From assembly GCA_024277355.1 (NCBI GenBank), contig JAJRVL010000004.1:494575-526574 (forward strand): DNA of 32,000 nt, in the 5' to 3' direction. Position numbers and translations under genes: made by a program. Of this stretch, positions 18,157-26,545 are shown one piece after another. Each line of letters begins with the position of its first letter. The stretch's first letter is position 1. The notes beneath the pieces were generated by a model that had not been told where the DNA came from, ran no database searches, and was given only the letters and a program-made list of their open reading frames with translations. The stretch is from an archaeon (GTDB taxonomy: Archaea > Iainarchaeota > Iainarchaeia > Iainarchaeales > 1-14-0-10-31-34).

Positions 18157-18980
18157 TGGAAATAAAAATGGAAAAATTATGGATTAAATTTGATGAATGG
18201 AAACTTGATTTTTCTCTTGAAATAAAGTCAGGAAAATTTGTTTCAGTTGTCGGTCCAAGCGGTTGTGGTAAAACAACTTTATTGAGAATTATTTCTGGTT
18301 TACAGGAATCAAAAGGAAAGATTTTTTTTGGAGACAAAGAAGTAACTAAAGTTCCAACAGAAAAAAGAAATATTGGTTTTGTTTTTCAAGGAGACTCATT
18401 ATTTCCTCACTTAAATGTATTTGATAATATTGCTTTTGGATTAAAAATGAAAAAAGAAAAACAAATTAAAGAAAAAGTTTTGAATGCTTTAAGTTTAGTT
18501 CATTTAAATGGATTTGAAAAAAGAAACACAGTTAATTTAAGCGGAGGAGAAAAAAGAAGAGTTGAAATTGCAAGAGCTATTGCTTTTGAACCTGGTTTAT
18601 TGTTATTAGATGAACCATTAAATGGTTTGGATGCAAACTTAAAAGAAAAAATGAAATTGTTTTTGAAAGAGTTAAGTGAAAAAACTGGTTTGACTATGAT
18701 TATGGTTACTCATGATATAGATGAAGCATTTTTTTTAAGTGATGAAATTATTGTAATGGATTCCGGGAGAATTGAACAAACAGGAAAGCCGACTGAAATT
18801 TTTTTGAATCCTGCAAATGATTTTGTAAGAAATTTTGTTTCAGATTATGTTTTAATTGAAGGAAAACAAAAAATTGTTAAAGGCAAAAAAATGATTGAAG
18901 GAAAATTTTTATTGCCTGTAAAAGGAAAAGGAAAAGCTTTTATTAATTTCAAAAAAACTAACTACAAGTTTTTTGAATGA
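18156..18980 (+). CDS. thiQ: ABC transporter ATP-binding protein (ThiQ-like)
   Basis: Walker A GPSGCGKTT, Q-loop FQGDSLFPHL, signature LSGGEKRRVEIARA, Walker B LLLLDEPL, H-loop VTHD. Translationally coupled to thiP (TAATG). Confidence 0.82.
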   Translation: MEIKMEKLWIKFDEWKLDFSLEIKSGKFVSVVGPSGCGKTTLLRIISGLQESKGKIFFGDKEVTKVPTEKRNIGFVFQGDSLFPHLNVFDNIAFGLKMKKEKQIKEKVLNALSLVHLNGFEKRNTVNLSGGEKRRVEIARAIAFEPGLLLLDEPLNGLDANLKEKMKLFLKELSEKTGLTMIMVTHDIDEAFFLSDEIIVMDSGRIEQTGKPTEIFLNPANDFVRNFVSDYVLIEGKQKIVKGKKMIEGKFLLPVKGKGKAFINFKKTNYKFFE

Positions 18981-19023
18981 AACATTATGTTTACTCTATT
19001 TTAAAAAAAAACTAGATCTGATT

Positions 19024-19512
19024 TTATTCTATTTTAGCAACCCAGTCTTGTAGTGCTAAACTTTTTCCAACTGTGGCTATGCAACAAAATTCTCGGCAAG
19101 AAGACTCACAACTTTTTGAACTACACATAATGTAAAAATCTGTTTTTGTTTCTTCATTAAACTTTAAGGAAAATTCATTTTCTGAATCAAGATATTCAAC
19201 TGAATTAAGTTTAGGGGAAAAATCTAATTTAACACATTCTTCATTGACGTTCAAAATTTTTGAAAATTGTTTTGAGTTAAATGAGTATTCTTTTGGAATA
19301 ACCACATTTTTTGTACTAAAAACAGTTCCATCAGGAGATTGCCCAGCATTTTTTATTGAATCTTCAATTGAAGTTACATCACTATATACCACAGGCCCAG
19401 AACACGACCCCATTATTTCACAGACAAAAACATAACCTCCAATAAATAAAATAACTAAAACAATTATTGCACCGATTATAAAACTTGAAAATGCACTTCC
19501 TTTGCAGTTCAT
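19024..19512 (-). CDS. N-terminally anchored Cys-rich extracytoplasmic protein, function unknown
   Basis: 162 aa. MNCKGSAFSSFIIGAIIVLVILFIGGYVFV anchor followed by a soluble region with multiple Cys, including CSSKSCESSCREFCC. Confidence 0.45.
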   Translation of the reverse strand: MNCKGSAFSSFIIGAIIVLVILFIGGYVFVCEIMGSCSGPVVYSDVTSIEDSIKNAGQSPDGTVFSTKNVVIPKEYSFNSKQFSKILNVNEECVKLDFSPKLNSVEYLDSENEFSLKFNEETKTDFYIMCSSKSCESSCREFCCIATVGKSLALQDWVAKIE

Positions 19513-19605
19513 TTACTAATACACTTGTTTTGAAGTATATATATTTTTCCTTTTAAAAAATAAGAAAACTAAACAAATGCATCAGCGTCTCTTTATATCC
19601 TTAAA

Positions 19606-19616
19606 CATTTAAAAAA
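19606..19616 (+). promoter_or_regulatory. TATA-like box upstream of thrS
   Basis: CATTTAAAAAA is centred about 27 nt upstream of the thrS ATG (19638), consistent with a leaderless or near-leaderless transcript. Confidence 0.3.
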
Positions 19617-19637
19617 GCTTCAATAGACTAATTATTC

Positions 19638-21545
19638 ATGGCTGACATAGAAATTACTTTGCCTGATAATTCAGTGAAAAAATTCAAGAAAGGAATTAAA
19701 GGAATAGACATCGCTAAAAAAATTGGAAGCAAACTAGCAAAAGATTCTTTAGCAGTAAGGGTAAACGATGAATTAAAGCCTTTAGGTTTTAAGATAGAAG
19801 AAAACAGCAAAGTAAGAATAATTACAAGGAATTCAACTGAAGGATTAGAAGTTTTAAGGCATTCAGCTTCCCATATTTTAGCTGAAGCAGTCAAAGAATT
19901 ATGGCCTAACACTAAATTAGGAATTGGTCCTTCAATAGAAGACGGATTTTATTATGATTTTTTTAAAAAAGAACCTTTTTCAAACGAAGACTTAAAAAAA
20001 ATAGAAGAAAAAATGAAAGAAATTGTAAAGAAAAATCACGAATTCAAGAAAAAAGAAATGGACAAAGATAAAGCAAGAAGTTTTCTTGAACAAAAAGGCG
20101 AAAAATTCAAAATTGATTTATTGAAAGATTTGGAAGGAGAAATTTCTTTTTTTGAATCAGGAAAATTTATTGATTTATGCAAAGGACCTCATATAAAAAA
20201 AACAGGAGAAGTCAAATACTTTAAACTGTTAAGTACAGGCGGAGCTTACTGGAAAGGAGACGAAAAAAATGAAACTTTGCATAGAATTTACGGTACAGCT
20301 TTTTTTTCTCAGAAAGATTTAGATGAATTTTTAAAGCAAAAAGAAGAAGCAGGAAAAAGAGATCATAGAAAAATAGGAAAAGAATTAGATTTATTTTCAA
20401 TTAATGAAATTGTAGGAAGCGGATTTATTTTATGGCATCCAAAAGGAACTGCATTAAGAAATGCAATAATGAAATTTGAAGAACAAGAACACTTTAACAG
20501 AAACTATGATTTTGTTACAACTCCTCATATTTTTAAAGCTGATACCTGGAAAACTTCAGGACATTATAATTACTATAAAGAAAACATGTATTTTTTAGAC
20601 ATAGATAAAATAGAATATGGAATAAAACCAATGAATTGTCCTGCTCATATAATGATTTACAAAAGAACACAGCATTCTTACAGAGAATTGCCAATAAAAT
20701 TTTTTGAGTTTGGAACAGTTTATAGATATGAAAAATCCGGAGTATTAGGAGGATTATTCAGAGTAAGAGGTTTTACTCAGGATGACGCTCATATTTTTTG
20801 TACTCTAGATCAATTAAAAGAAGAAATCAAAAAAGTAATTGAATTTTGTTTGTATATCTACAAAGTTTTTGGTTTTGAAGATGTAGCAATTAAATTATCA
20901 ACTAAACCAGAAAAAGCAATTGGAACAGAAGAACAATGGACTAAAGCAATTGATTCATTAAAAAAAGCTTTAGAAGAATCAAAACTTAAATTTGAATTAG
21001 ATAAAGGCGAAGGAGTATTTTATGGTCCAAAAATTGACTTTAAAGTAAAAGATTCAATTAAAAGAGAATGGCAGTTAAGCACAATTCAAGTGGACTTTAA
21101 TTTGCCTGAAAGATTTAATGCAGAATATGTTGGAAATGATTCAAAAAAACACAAAGTTGTAATGATTCACAGAGCAATTTTAGGTTCATTAGAAAGATTT
21201 ATTGGAATTTTAATTGAACATTATGAAGGAAAATTTCCTTTATGGTTAAGTCCAGTGCAATTCAAAGTTTTTGCTGTAGGAGAAAAATTTGAAGATTACG
21301 CAAAACAAGTAAATGACAAACTAAAAGAACAAGGTTTTAGGACTGAATTAGATTTAAGAGCTGAAACTGTTTCATATAAAATAAGAGAAGGACAATTAGA
21401 AAAAATTCCTTATATTATAGTTGTAGGACAAAAAGAAAAAGAAAACAACACTGTAACAGTCAGAGATCAAACAGGAAAACAAAAAACAATTTCTTTAAAC
21501 GAATTAATTGAAGAAAAAACAAAAGAAATAACAGAAAAAAAATAA
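19638..21545 (+). CDS. thrS: Threonyl-tRNA synthetase, bacterial-type architecture (TGS + HxxxH editing domain + class II core + anticodon-binding domain)
   Basis: 635 aa. TGS-like N-terminus. RHSASHILAEA (HxxxH). RDHRKIGKELDLF. PMNCPAHIMIY. Motif 2 FRVRGFTQDDAHIF. Motif 3 HRAILGSLERFIGILIEH. Confidence 0.95.
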   Translation: MADIEITLPDNSVKKFKKGIKGIDIAKKIGSKLAKDSLAVRVNDELKPLGFKIEENSKVRIITRNSTEGLEVLRHSASHILAEAVKELWPNTKLGIGPSIEDGFYYDFFKKEPFSNEDLKKIEEKMKEIVKKNHEFKKKEMDKDKARSFLEQKGEKFKIDLLKDLEGEISFFESGKFIDLCKGPHIKKTGEVKYFKLLSTGGAYWKGDEKNETLHRIYGTAFFSQKDLDEFLKQKEEAGKRDHRKIGKELDLFSINEIVGSGFILWHPKGTALRNAIMKFEEQEHFNRNYDFVTTPHIFKADTWKTSGHYNYYKENMYFLDIDKIEYGIKPMNCPAHIMIYKRTQHSYRELPIKFFEFGTVYRYEKSGVLGGLFRVRGFTQDDAHIFCTLDQLKEEIKKVIEFCLYIYKVFGFEDVAIKLSTKPEKAIGTEEQWTKAIDSLKKALEESKLKFELDKGEGVFYGPKIDFKVKDSIKREWQLSTIQVDFNLPERFNAEYVGNDSKKHKVVMIHRAILGSLERFIGILIEHYEGKFPLWLSPVQFKVFAVGEKFEDYAKQVNDKLKEQGFRTELDLRAETVSYKIREGQLEKIPYIIVVGQKEKENNTVTVRDQTGKQKTISLNELIEEKTKEITEKK

Positions 21546-21609
21546 GAAACACCTATTAAAAAAAAGAAATTAATTTAAATAAGAATTAAAATAAAAAAAC
21601 TAATTAATT

Positions 21610-21636
21610 GATGCAAAAGCATCTTTACTTTTTTTC
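21610..21636 (+). terminator. Short hairpin plus T-rich tract downstream of thrS
   Basis: GATGC-AAAA-GCATC (21610-21623) followed by TTTACTTTTTTTC. Oligo-T tracts are the archaeal termination signal. Confidence 0.35.
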
Positions 21637-21645
21637 TTCTTAGTT

Positions 21646-21657
21646 AAATTTAAATAA
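21646..21657 (+). promoter_or_regulatory. TATA-like box upstream of the pilus ATPase gene
   Basis: AAATTTAAATAA is centred about 35 nt upstream of the ATG at 21686, which would give a short 5' UTR. Confidence 0.3.
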
Positions 21658-21685
21658 TCTAAAGCGGTTTTGTTATAGGATAAAC

Positions 21686-23401
21686 ATGGCTAAATATTTT
21701 AATGACTTAATCAAAAAAGCAAAAAGGATTAAAACAGAAAAAGACGAATTAAAACCTAAAACAAAAAAACCTGCAATAGATGAAGATAAAGTAAGAAAAA
21801 CTTTAGTCATGGAAAAAAGAAAAAAAAGAATGAAATTAGAAGAAGAACTTAAAAAAACTTTACCTGAAAAAAAAGAAATAAAAAAAGAAGAAGACTCTGA
21901 AGAAACAAAGGAAACAGAAAAAGAAAAAATTACATCTTCAGTTGATTTAGAATTAGAATCAATGGATAAAAAAGAAATTGATTCTTATGGAGACGTGAAA
22001 GTTTACAAAGTTCCTGGAAAAGTTTTGCCTTATTATGTTATTCCGGTAACTAAACCAACTTTAGGGGAAAGAACAATAATTAACACAATAAAAGAAGCAG
22101 CCACAAGATTAATTGCAATTGCACCATATAAAATTCGGGATCCTGAACAAAGAAGAACAGTTTACAGACAAAAAATAATTGAAATACTTCAGGCTTCAAG
22201 TGAACTAAATATTCCTGAAAGAAGATTTAATTTTTATGCTGAATCAGTTGTAAGAGAAATGGTTGGATATGGATTATTAGATCCGTTAATTAGAGACGAC
22301 CAATTAGAAGAAATTATGGTTATTGGACCAAAAAAACCTGTTTATATTTTTCACAGAAAACATGAAATGATGATGACAAACATTGAATTTTTTTCTGATT
22401 CAGAAATAACAGATTTAATTAACAGAATTGCAAGAGAAATCGGAAGAAGAGTAGACATGTCTTCTCCTTTATTAGATGCAAGATTAGCTGATGGTTCAAG
22501 AGTTAATGCGACAATTCCCCCTGCATCAATTTCAGGTTCAAGTTTAACAATCAGAAAATTCAGAGAAGACCCCTACTCAATAATTGATTTAATTAAATAC
22601 GGGACATTTAATACAACAAGTGCAGCTTTTGCCTGGCTTTGTGTTGATGGTTTAGGAGTTAAACCAGCAAATATTTTGATTACAGGCGGAACAGGTTCAG
22701 GAAAAACAACTACACTAAACGTTTTAGCTTCATTTATTCCTGAAAGAGAAAGAATTGTTACAATTGAAGACACAGCAGAATTAAATTTACCTTTAAAACA
22801 TATAATTAGTTTAGAATCAAGGCCTCCTGGATTAGAAGGAACAGGAGAATTAACATTAGATATTTTAACTAAAAATTCTTTAAGAATGCGTCCAGACAGA
22901 GTAATCGTAGGAGAAGTAAGACATGACGAAGCTTTCACTTTATTTACAGCTATGAACACAGGACATGACGGTTGTTTAGGAACAATTCACGCTAACTCTC
23001 CTCAAGAAACACTTGTAAGAGTTACAAGTCCTCCAATGAACGTTCCTGAAGTAATGCTTTCAGGATTAGATTTAGTTATAGTTGAACACAGAATTCATGA
23101 CAAAAAAAAAGGAACAATAAGAAGAATAACTGAAATAGCTGAAGTAACAGGAGTATTAGAAAACAAAACTTCTACTCAGACTTTATTTGAAAGAGACGCA
23201 GTAAAAGACAAATTAATCAGAACTAATGTTGAAAGTATATTCTTAAAAAATTTAATGAAATTTACAGGATACACTGCAAAACAAATTGAAGATGAATTAA
23301 ATGCAAGAGAAAAGTTTTTTGAAAAATTAATTGAAAAAGGCACAAGAGATATGGGCGAAGTTGTCACTGCAATGCACGACTTCCTAAATACAAGAAAGTG
23401 A
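21686..23401 (+). CDS. Type IV pilus assembly ATPase (VirB11/FlaI/TadA superfamily, T2SSE domain) with a K/E-rich N-terminal extension
   Basis: 571 aa. Walker A ITGGTGSGKTTTLN, Asp box/Walker B RIVTIEDTAEL and RVIVGEVR, His box TGHDGCLGTIHANS. The first roughly 100 residues are lysine/glutamate-rich low complexity. Confidence 0.9.
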   Translation: MAKYFNDLIKKAKRIKTEKDELKPKTKKPAIDEDKVRKTLVMEKRKKRMKLEEELKKTLPEKKEIKKEEDSEETKETEKEKITSSVDLELESMDKKEIDSYGDVKVYKVPGKVLPYYVIPVTKPTLGERTIINTIKEAATRLIAIAPYKIRDPEQRRTVYRQKIIEILQASSELNIPERRFNFYAESVVREMVGYGLLDPLIRDDQLEEIMVIGPKKPVYIFHRKHEMMMTNIEFFSDSEITDLINRIAREIGRRVDMSSPLLDARLADGSRVNATIPPASISGSSLTIRKFREDPYSIIDLIKYGTFNTTSAAFAWLCVDGLGVKPANILITGGTGSGKTTTLNVLASFIPERERIVTIEDTAELNLPLKHIISLESRPPGLEGTGELTLDILTKNSLRMRPDRVIVGEVRHDEAFTLFTAMNTGHDGCLGTIHANSPQETLVRVTSPPMNVPEVMLSGLDLVIVEHRIHDKKKGTIRRITEIAEVTGVLENKTSTQTLFERDAVKDKLIRTNVESIFLKNLMKFTGYTAKQIEDELNAREKFFEKLIEKGTRDMGEVVTAMHDFLNTRK

Positions 23402-23405
23402 AACC

Positions 23406-24563
23406 ATGAGTAAAAAAATAGATAAATTAAGAAAAATAATTGAAGAAAAAAAAGAGAAAAAAGACCAGAAAAAAGCTTCTGCAGATATGGATGAAGTTGA
23501 AAGAATTGTTGAAAAAATGAAAAGAAGATATTCCGAAGAAGGAATGGAAATGGAGGAAGTTGGCGGAAGATTAAAAGAATTAAGAGGAATTATTGCAGAA
23601 GGAAAACAAACAGAATTAGAAGTTCAAACAGTAGAAGACTTAAAAGTTTTTAGTTCTCCTTTAGTCCGGCAATTAGGAAAATTTTATTTAACATTAAAAG
23701 CAGTAACAAAACCACTTGAAAAAATTATAAGTAAACTGCCTCAAGTAAAGCAATTGAGTTTTTATTTGTATAGTGCAAACATGAAAATTTCAGCTAAACA
23801 ATTTTTAGCAATAATTACTTCAGTTGCATTAATTGTATTTGTTTTTTCTACAATTCTTTTAAGTTTATTGATTTTTACTTTTTTTCAGCAGGCTCCGCTA
23901 ATAACTAAAAGTCTTTTAGTTTTAATTGTAAGTTTAATGCTGACTTTTATTACAATAATAATTGGTTTTTTGATTCCAAGAAGAAAAGCAATGTCAAGAG
24001 GAGATGCAGTTTCAAGAGAATTACCTTTTGCTTTAAGACATATGGCAACAGAACTAAAATCAGGTTTAGGTTTATACAGAACAATTCAGACAATTGCAAT
24101 GGCAGATTATGGAGAATTAAGCGAAGAATTCTCCAGAACAATAAATGAAATTGAAGAAGGAACAGACACTAAATTAGCTTTAAGGCATATGGCTTTAAGA
24201 ACTCAGTCAAAAGCATTACGAAATTCTTTGATTCACGTAATCCGTGCTTTAAGAACAGGGGGAAATTTATCTGTTATTATGAATGACATTGCAGATGATG
24301 TATCTTTTTCTTTGAAAATGAAAATAAAAGATTTCTCCCAAAAAATGAATTTTTTTGGAACCATTTTTATTTATTTAGCAATTGTTATTCCTGTTTTTAT
24401 TTCAATTTTAGGAGGAATAAAAATTACTCCAATTCAATCAGGAAGTGTTTTTCAATCACTTCCATTAGATACTCCAGTAATGATTGTTTTCTTTGTGGTT
24501 TTTATGCCAATGCTTTTAACTTATCTGGTGTTCTTTATTTCATTAAGCCAGCCAAAGGTGTAA
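23406..24563 (+). CDS. Pilus platform membrane protein with a single T2SSF domain (TadB/EpdJ-like)
   Basis: 385 aa. T2SSF block LPFALRHMATELKSGLGLYRTIQTIA...EFSRTINEIEEGTDTKLALRHMA...LIHVIRALRTGGNLSVIMNDIADD flanked by TM segments. K/E-rich N-terminal extension. Confidence 0.8.
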   Translation: MSKKIDKLRKIIEEKKEKKDQKKASADMDEVERIVEKMKRRYSEEGMEMEEVGGRLKELRGIIAEGKQTELEVQTVEDLKVFSSPLVRQLGKFYLTLKAVTKPLEKIISKLPQVKQLSFYLYSANMKISAKQFLAIITSVALIVFVFSTILLSLLIFTFFQQAPLITKSLLVLIVSLMLTFITIIIGFLIPRRKAMSRGDAVSRELPFALRHMATELKSGLGLYRTIQTIAMADYGELSEEFSRTINEIEEGTDTKLALRHMALRTQSKALRNSLIHVIRALRTGGNLSVIMNDIADDVSFSLKMKIKDFSQKMNFFGTIFIYLAIVIPVFISILGGIKITPIQSGSVFQSLPLDTPVMIVFFVVFMPMLLTYLVFFISLSQPKV

Positions 24564-24566
24564 TTC

Positions 24567-25586
24567 ATGGCAAGAGTAAGATTATATCAAAAAATAGGGT
24601 TTTTAAAGAACTCTTCATTCTTAAAAAAATACGAAAAATACTTGGATCAAATTAACCTTAAAGTTGATCCCTTGCTTTGGGTTACATTGTCTTTTTTGGT
24701 TGCAGTAATTGTTGCAATTTTAACTTTTTTATTACTTAAATTTTTATCTCCTGTAACTGATCCAGCTCAGGTTGCATTAGGAATACAAGAACCGCCTTTA
24801 ACTCAATCAATGGGAATAATGGTTTTTGTATTATTTTTTGTTTCAATTGACTTGATTATGGGTTATCCTTATATTAAAGGAGTTCAAAGAATTGGAAGCA
24901 TTGAACAGGAATTACCTGAAGCATTAAAGCAGATGGCAGACATATTAAAAGCAGGCGGAACATATGAATATGCTTTAAGAGAAATAAGTCATGCAGACTT
25001 CGGTCCATTAACAATAGAATTAGAAGCTGTGTTAAGAAAATTAGAAGAAGGAGAAAATTTTGAAGATTCATTATCAACTTTATCTTATAATATTGATTCA
25101 AGATTAGTTAAAAGAAGTGTAACAATAATAATTGATTCAGTTAAAGCAGGAGCAGGATTAGCAGATGTATTAGAACAGATTGCAGAAGACATAAGAGACA
25201 CAAACAGACTTAACCATGAAAGAAGAAGCCAGACTTTAATGCAGGTATTGTTTATGGTTACAGCAGGAGCAATTGTTACTCCGTTTATTTTTGGTTTAAT
25301 TTCAACTATAATTGGTTTTTTAATTTCTGCTTCAGCTAATTTAGGTGGTCTGCCAGATGAAATAAGAATTGACGCTACAAATTCAAAAACAATTTTACTT
25401 TTATTATTACAGATTTATATTTTTGTTGAAGTGACTGCTTCAAGCGTAATGATTTCTTTGATGAGAGAAGGCAAAAAAAACAAAAGTATTATATATCTTC
25501 CAATCCTCTTATTTATTGGATTTATAGTTTACTTTATTTCAGGAGCAATTTCAAAGTCTTTAATCGCAGGCATTGGAGGATTATAA
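24567..25586 (+). CDS. Pilus platform membrane protein with a single T2SSF domain (TadC/EpdK-like)
   Basis: 339 aa. LPEALKQMADILKAGGTYEYALREIS...LEAVLRKLEEGENFEDSLSTL...IIIDSVKAGAGLADVLEQIAEDIRD flanked by TM segments. Confidence 0.8.
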   Translation: MARVRLYQKIGFLKNSSFLKKYEKYLDQINLKVDPLLWVTLSFLVAVIVAILTFLLLKFLSPVTDPAQVALGIQEPPLTQSMGIMVFVLFFVSIDLIMGYPYIKGVQRIGSIEQELPEALKQMADILKAGGTYEYALREISHADFGPLTIELEAVLRKLEEGENFEDSLSTLSYNIDSRLVKRSVTIIIDSVKAGAGLADVLEQIAEDIRDTNRLNHERRSQTLMQVLFMVTAGAIVTPFIFGLISTIIGFLISASANLGGLPDEIRIDATNSKTILLLLLQIYIFVEVTASSVMISLMREGKKNKSIIYLPILLFIGFIVYFISGAISKSLIAGIGGL

Positions 25587-25587
25587 A

Positions 25588-25731
25588 ATGGAAGAAAAAG
25601 CACAAACTTCAATTGAAACATTATTAATTATTGCTTCAGCAGTAGTTATTGCAGTAATTGTAGGAGCATTTTTGAAATCATTAGTCACAGGAACAGGCGG
25701 AATAGCCCATAAAACAGAACAATTAAGTTAA
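25588..25731 (+). CDS. Mini-pilin 1 (class III signal peptide, 47-aa precursor); not in the ORF track
   Basis: Hand translation: MEEKAQTSIETLLIIASAVVIAVIVGAFLKSLVTGTGGIAHKTEQLS. KA|Q processing motif, Glu at +5, about 20-residue hydrophobic helix. Starts 1 nt after the stop of the preceding platform gene. Confidence 0.7.
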   Translation: MEEKAQTSIETLLIIASAVVIAVIVGAFLKSLVTGTGGIAHKTEQLS

Positions 25732-25744
25732 TGAAAAGAAAATG

Positions 25745-25752
25745 TTTATAAA
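25745..25752 (+). promoter_or_regulatory. Candidate internal TATA box ahead of mini-pilin 2, with a strong Shine-Dalgarno sequence
   Basis: TTTATAAA lies in the only sizeable gap (79 nt) of the pilus locus. AGGAGGG (25797-25803) sits 7 nt upstream of the ATG at 25811. Confidence 0.3.
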
Positions 25753-25810
25753 CAAAAGTTGAGTTATTAAATAAAACATAAATTTTTATTAAAAAAAGGA
25801 GGGAAATTAA

Positions 25811-25984
25811 ATGGATAACAAAGCACAAGGAGCATTAGAATATTTGTTATTAATCGGAGGAGCAGTATTAATTGCAGCAATTGTAATTGTAATATTGACT
25901 TCACTTGCAGGACCAGGAAAAACAACTAATGCCTTAGGAAGATATAACAACGAATACAACACATTATACCACACATCTGTATAA
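25811..25984 (+). CDS. Mini-pilin 2 (class III signal peptide, 57-aa precursor); not in the ORF track
   Basis: Hand translation: MDNKAQGALEYLLLIGGAVLIAAIVIVILTSLAGPGKTTNALGRYNNEYNTLYHTSV. KA|Q motif, E at +5. Preceded by a GGAGGG Shine-Dalgarno sequence. Confidence 0.75.
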   Translation: MDNKAQGALEYLLLIGGAVLIAAIVIVILTSLAGPGKTTNALGRYNNEYNTLYHTSV

Positions 25985-26003
25985 ATTAACTAAAATGATT
26001 TCT

Positions 26004-26183
26004 ATGGAAAATAGAGCACAAGCATCAGTAGAATATTTGTTGTTAATTGGAGGAGCAGTATTAATTGCAGCAATTGTAATCATAATACTTGTTTCCTCTG
26101 CAGGGCCAGCAGGACAAACCAGTAACGCATTAGGAAAATATAACAACGAATACAATGAATTATACCACACAGAAACAACATAA
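26004..26183 (+). CDS. Mini-pilin 3 (paralogue of mini-pilin 2, 59-aa precursor)
   Basis: MENRAQASVEYLLLIGGAVLIAAIVIIILVSSAGPAGQTSNALGKYNNEYNELYHTETT. The ORF track starts at 25995 (MISMENRAQ); the ATG at 26004 is preferred by analogy with the MDNKAQ/MEEKAQ paralogues. It shares a 32-nt identical stretch with mini-pilin 2. Confidence 0.75.
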   Translation: MENRAQASVEYLLLIGGAVLIAAIVIIILVSSAGPAGQTSNALGKYNNEYNELYHTETT

Positions 26184-26193
26184 AGGAATTTTT

Positions 26194-26352
26194 ATGGATA
26201 ATAAAGCACAAGCAGCATTGGAATACCTTTTGCTTATAGCTGGTGCAGTTGTAGTAGCTGCAGTAGTTATAATTGCATTAGGTGGTATTACTAATTCAAC
26301 TCAAAATAAAACACATAATACTTTAACTCACTGGCTGACACATATTAGTTAA
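26194..26352 (+). CDS. Mini-pilin 4 (52-aa precursor)
   Basis: MDNKAQAALEYLLLIAGAVVVAAVVIIALGGITNSTQNKTHNTLTHWLTHIS. The ORF-track start at 26155 overlaps mini-pilin 3, so the internal ATG at 26194 is preferred. Two N-x-S/T sequons (NST, NKT). Confidence 0.75.
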   Translation: MDNKAQAALEYLLLIAGAVVVAAVVIIALGGITNSTQNKTHNTLTHWLTHIS

Positions 26353-26363
26353 AAGTGATTTTT

Positions 26364-26534
26364 ATGGAAGAAAAAGCACAGGTTTCAATTGAATATTTAT
26401 TAAGTGTGCTTTTTAGCATTGTGTTAGTTATGGCTGCTGCAATCCTGCTTGACACTTTAAGGGCTTTAGCTCAAACCTCTAAAGCAACAGTCTTAAGAGT
26501 AAGAGAACAAACAATAGAAACACTGATAGAATAA
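26364..26534 (+). CDS. Mini-pilin 5 (56-aa precursor); not in the ORF track
   Basis: Hand translation: MEEKAQVSIEYLLSVLFSIVLVMAAAILLDTLRALAQTSKATVLRVREQTIETLIE. KA|Q motif, E at +5. Confidence 0.7.
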   Translation: MEEKAQVSIEYLLSVLFSIVLVMAAAILLDTLRALAQTSKATVLRVREQTIETLIE

Positions 26535-26545
26535 AAGGGGAAAAA

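Noticed and set aside
19024-19512. The Cys-rich protein (MNCKGSAFSSFIIG...) as an eighth class III pilin.
   Set aside because: It has a KG followed by a hydrophobic helix. But it lacks the Gln at +1 and Glu at +5 shared by all seven locus pilins, is on the opposite strand and sits 2 kb from the locus. An uncleaved signal anchor is equally likely.
7403-19912. ORFs 7403..7666, 8237..8614, 12549..12812, 15585..15860, 15667..15921, 17595..17855, 18134..18337, 19244..19435 and 19628..19912.
   Set aside because: These are antisense shadows of the ATP-cone gene, rfcS, thiB, thiP, thiQ, the Cys-rich protein and thrS. They have no motifs and low-complexity composition, and each is nested in a stronger ORF.
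25995-26193. Longer ORF-track versions of mini-pilins 3 and 4 (starts at 25995 MISMENRAQ and 26155 MNYTTQKQHKGIFMDNKAQ).
   Set aside because: The 26155 start overlaps the end of mini-pilin 3 and adds a non-signal-like leader. All paralogues have a 5-residue leader (MDNKA, MEEKA, MENRA). Internal ATGs at 26004 and 26194 restore that pattern. The 25995 start cannot be fully excluded.
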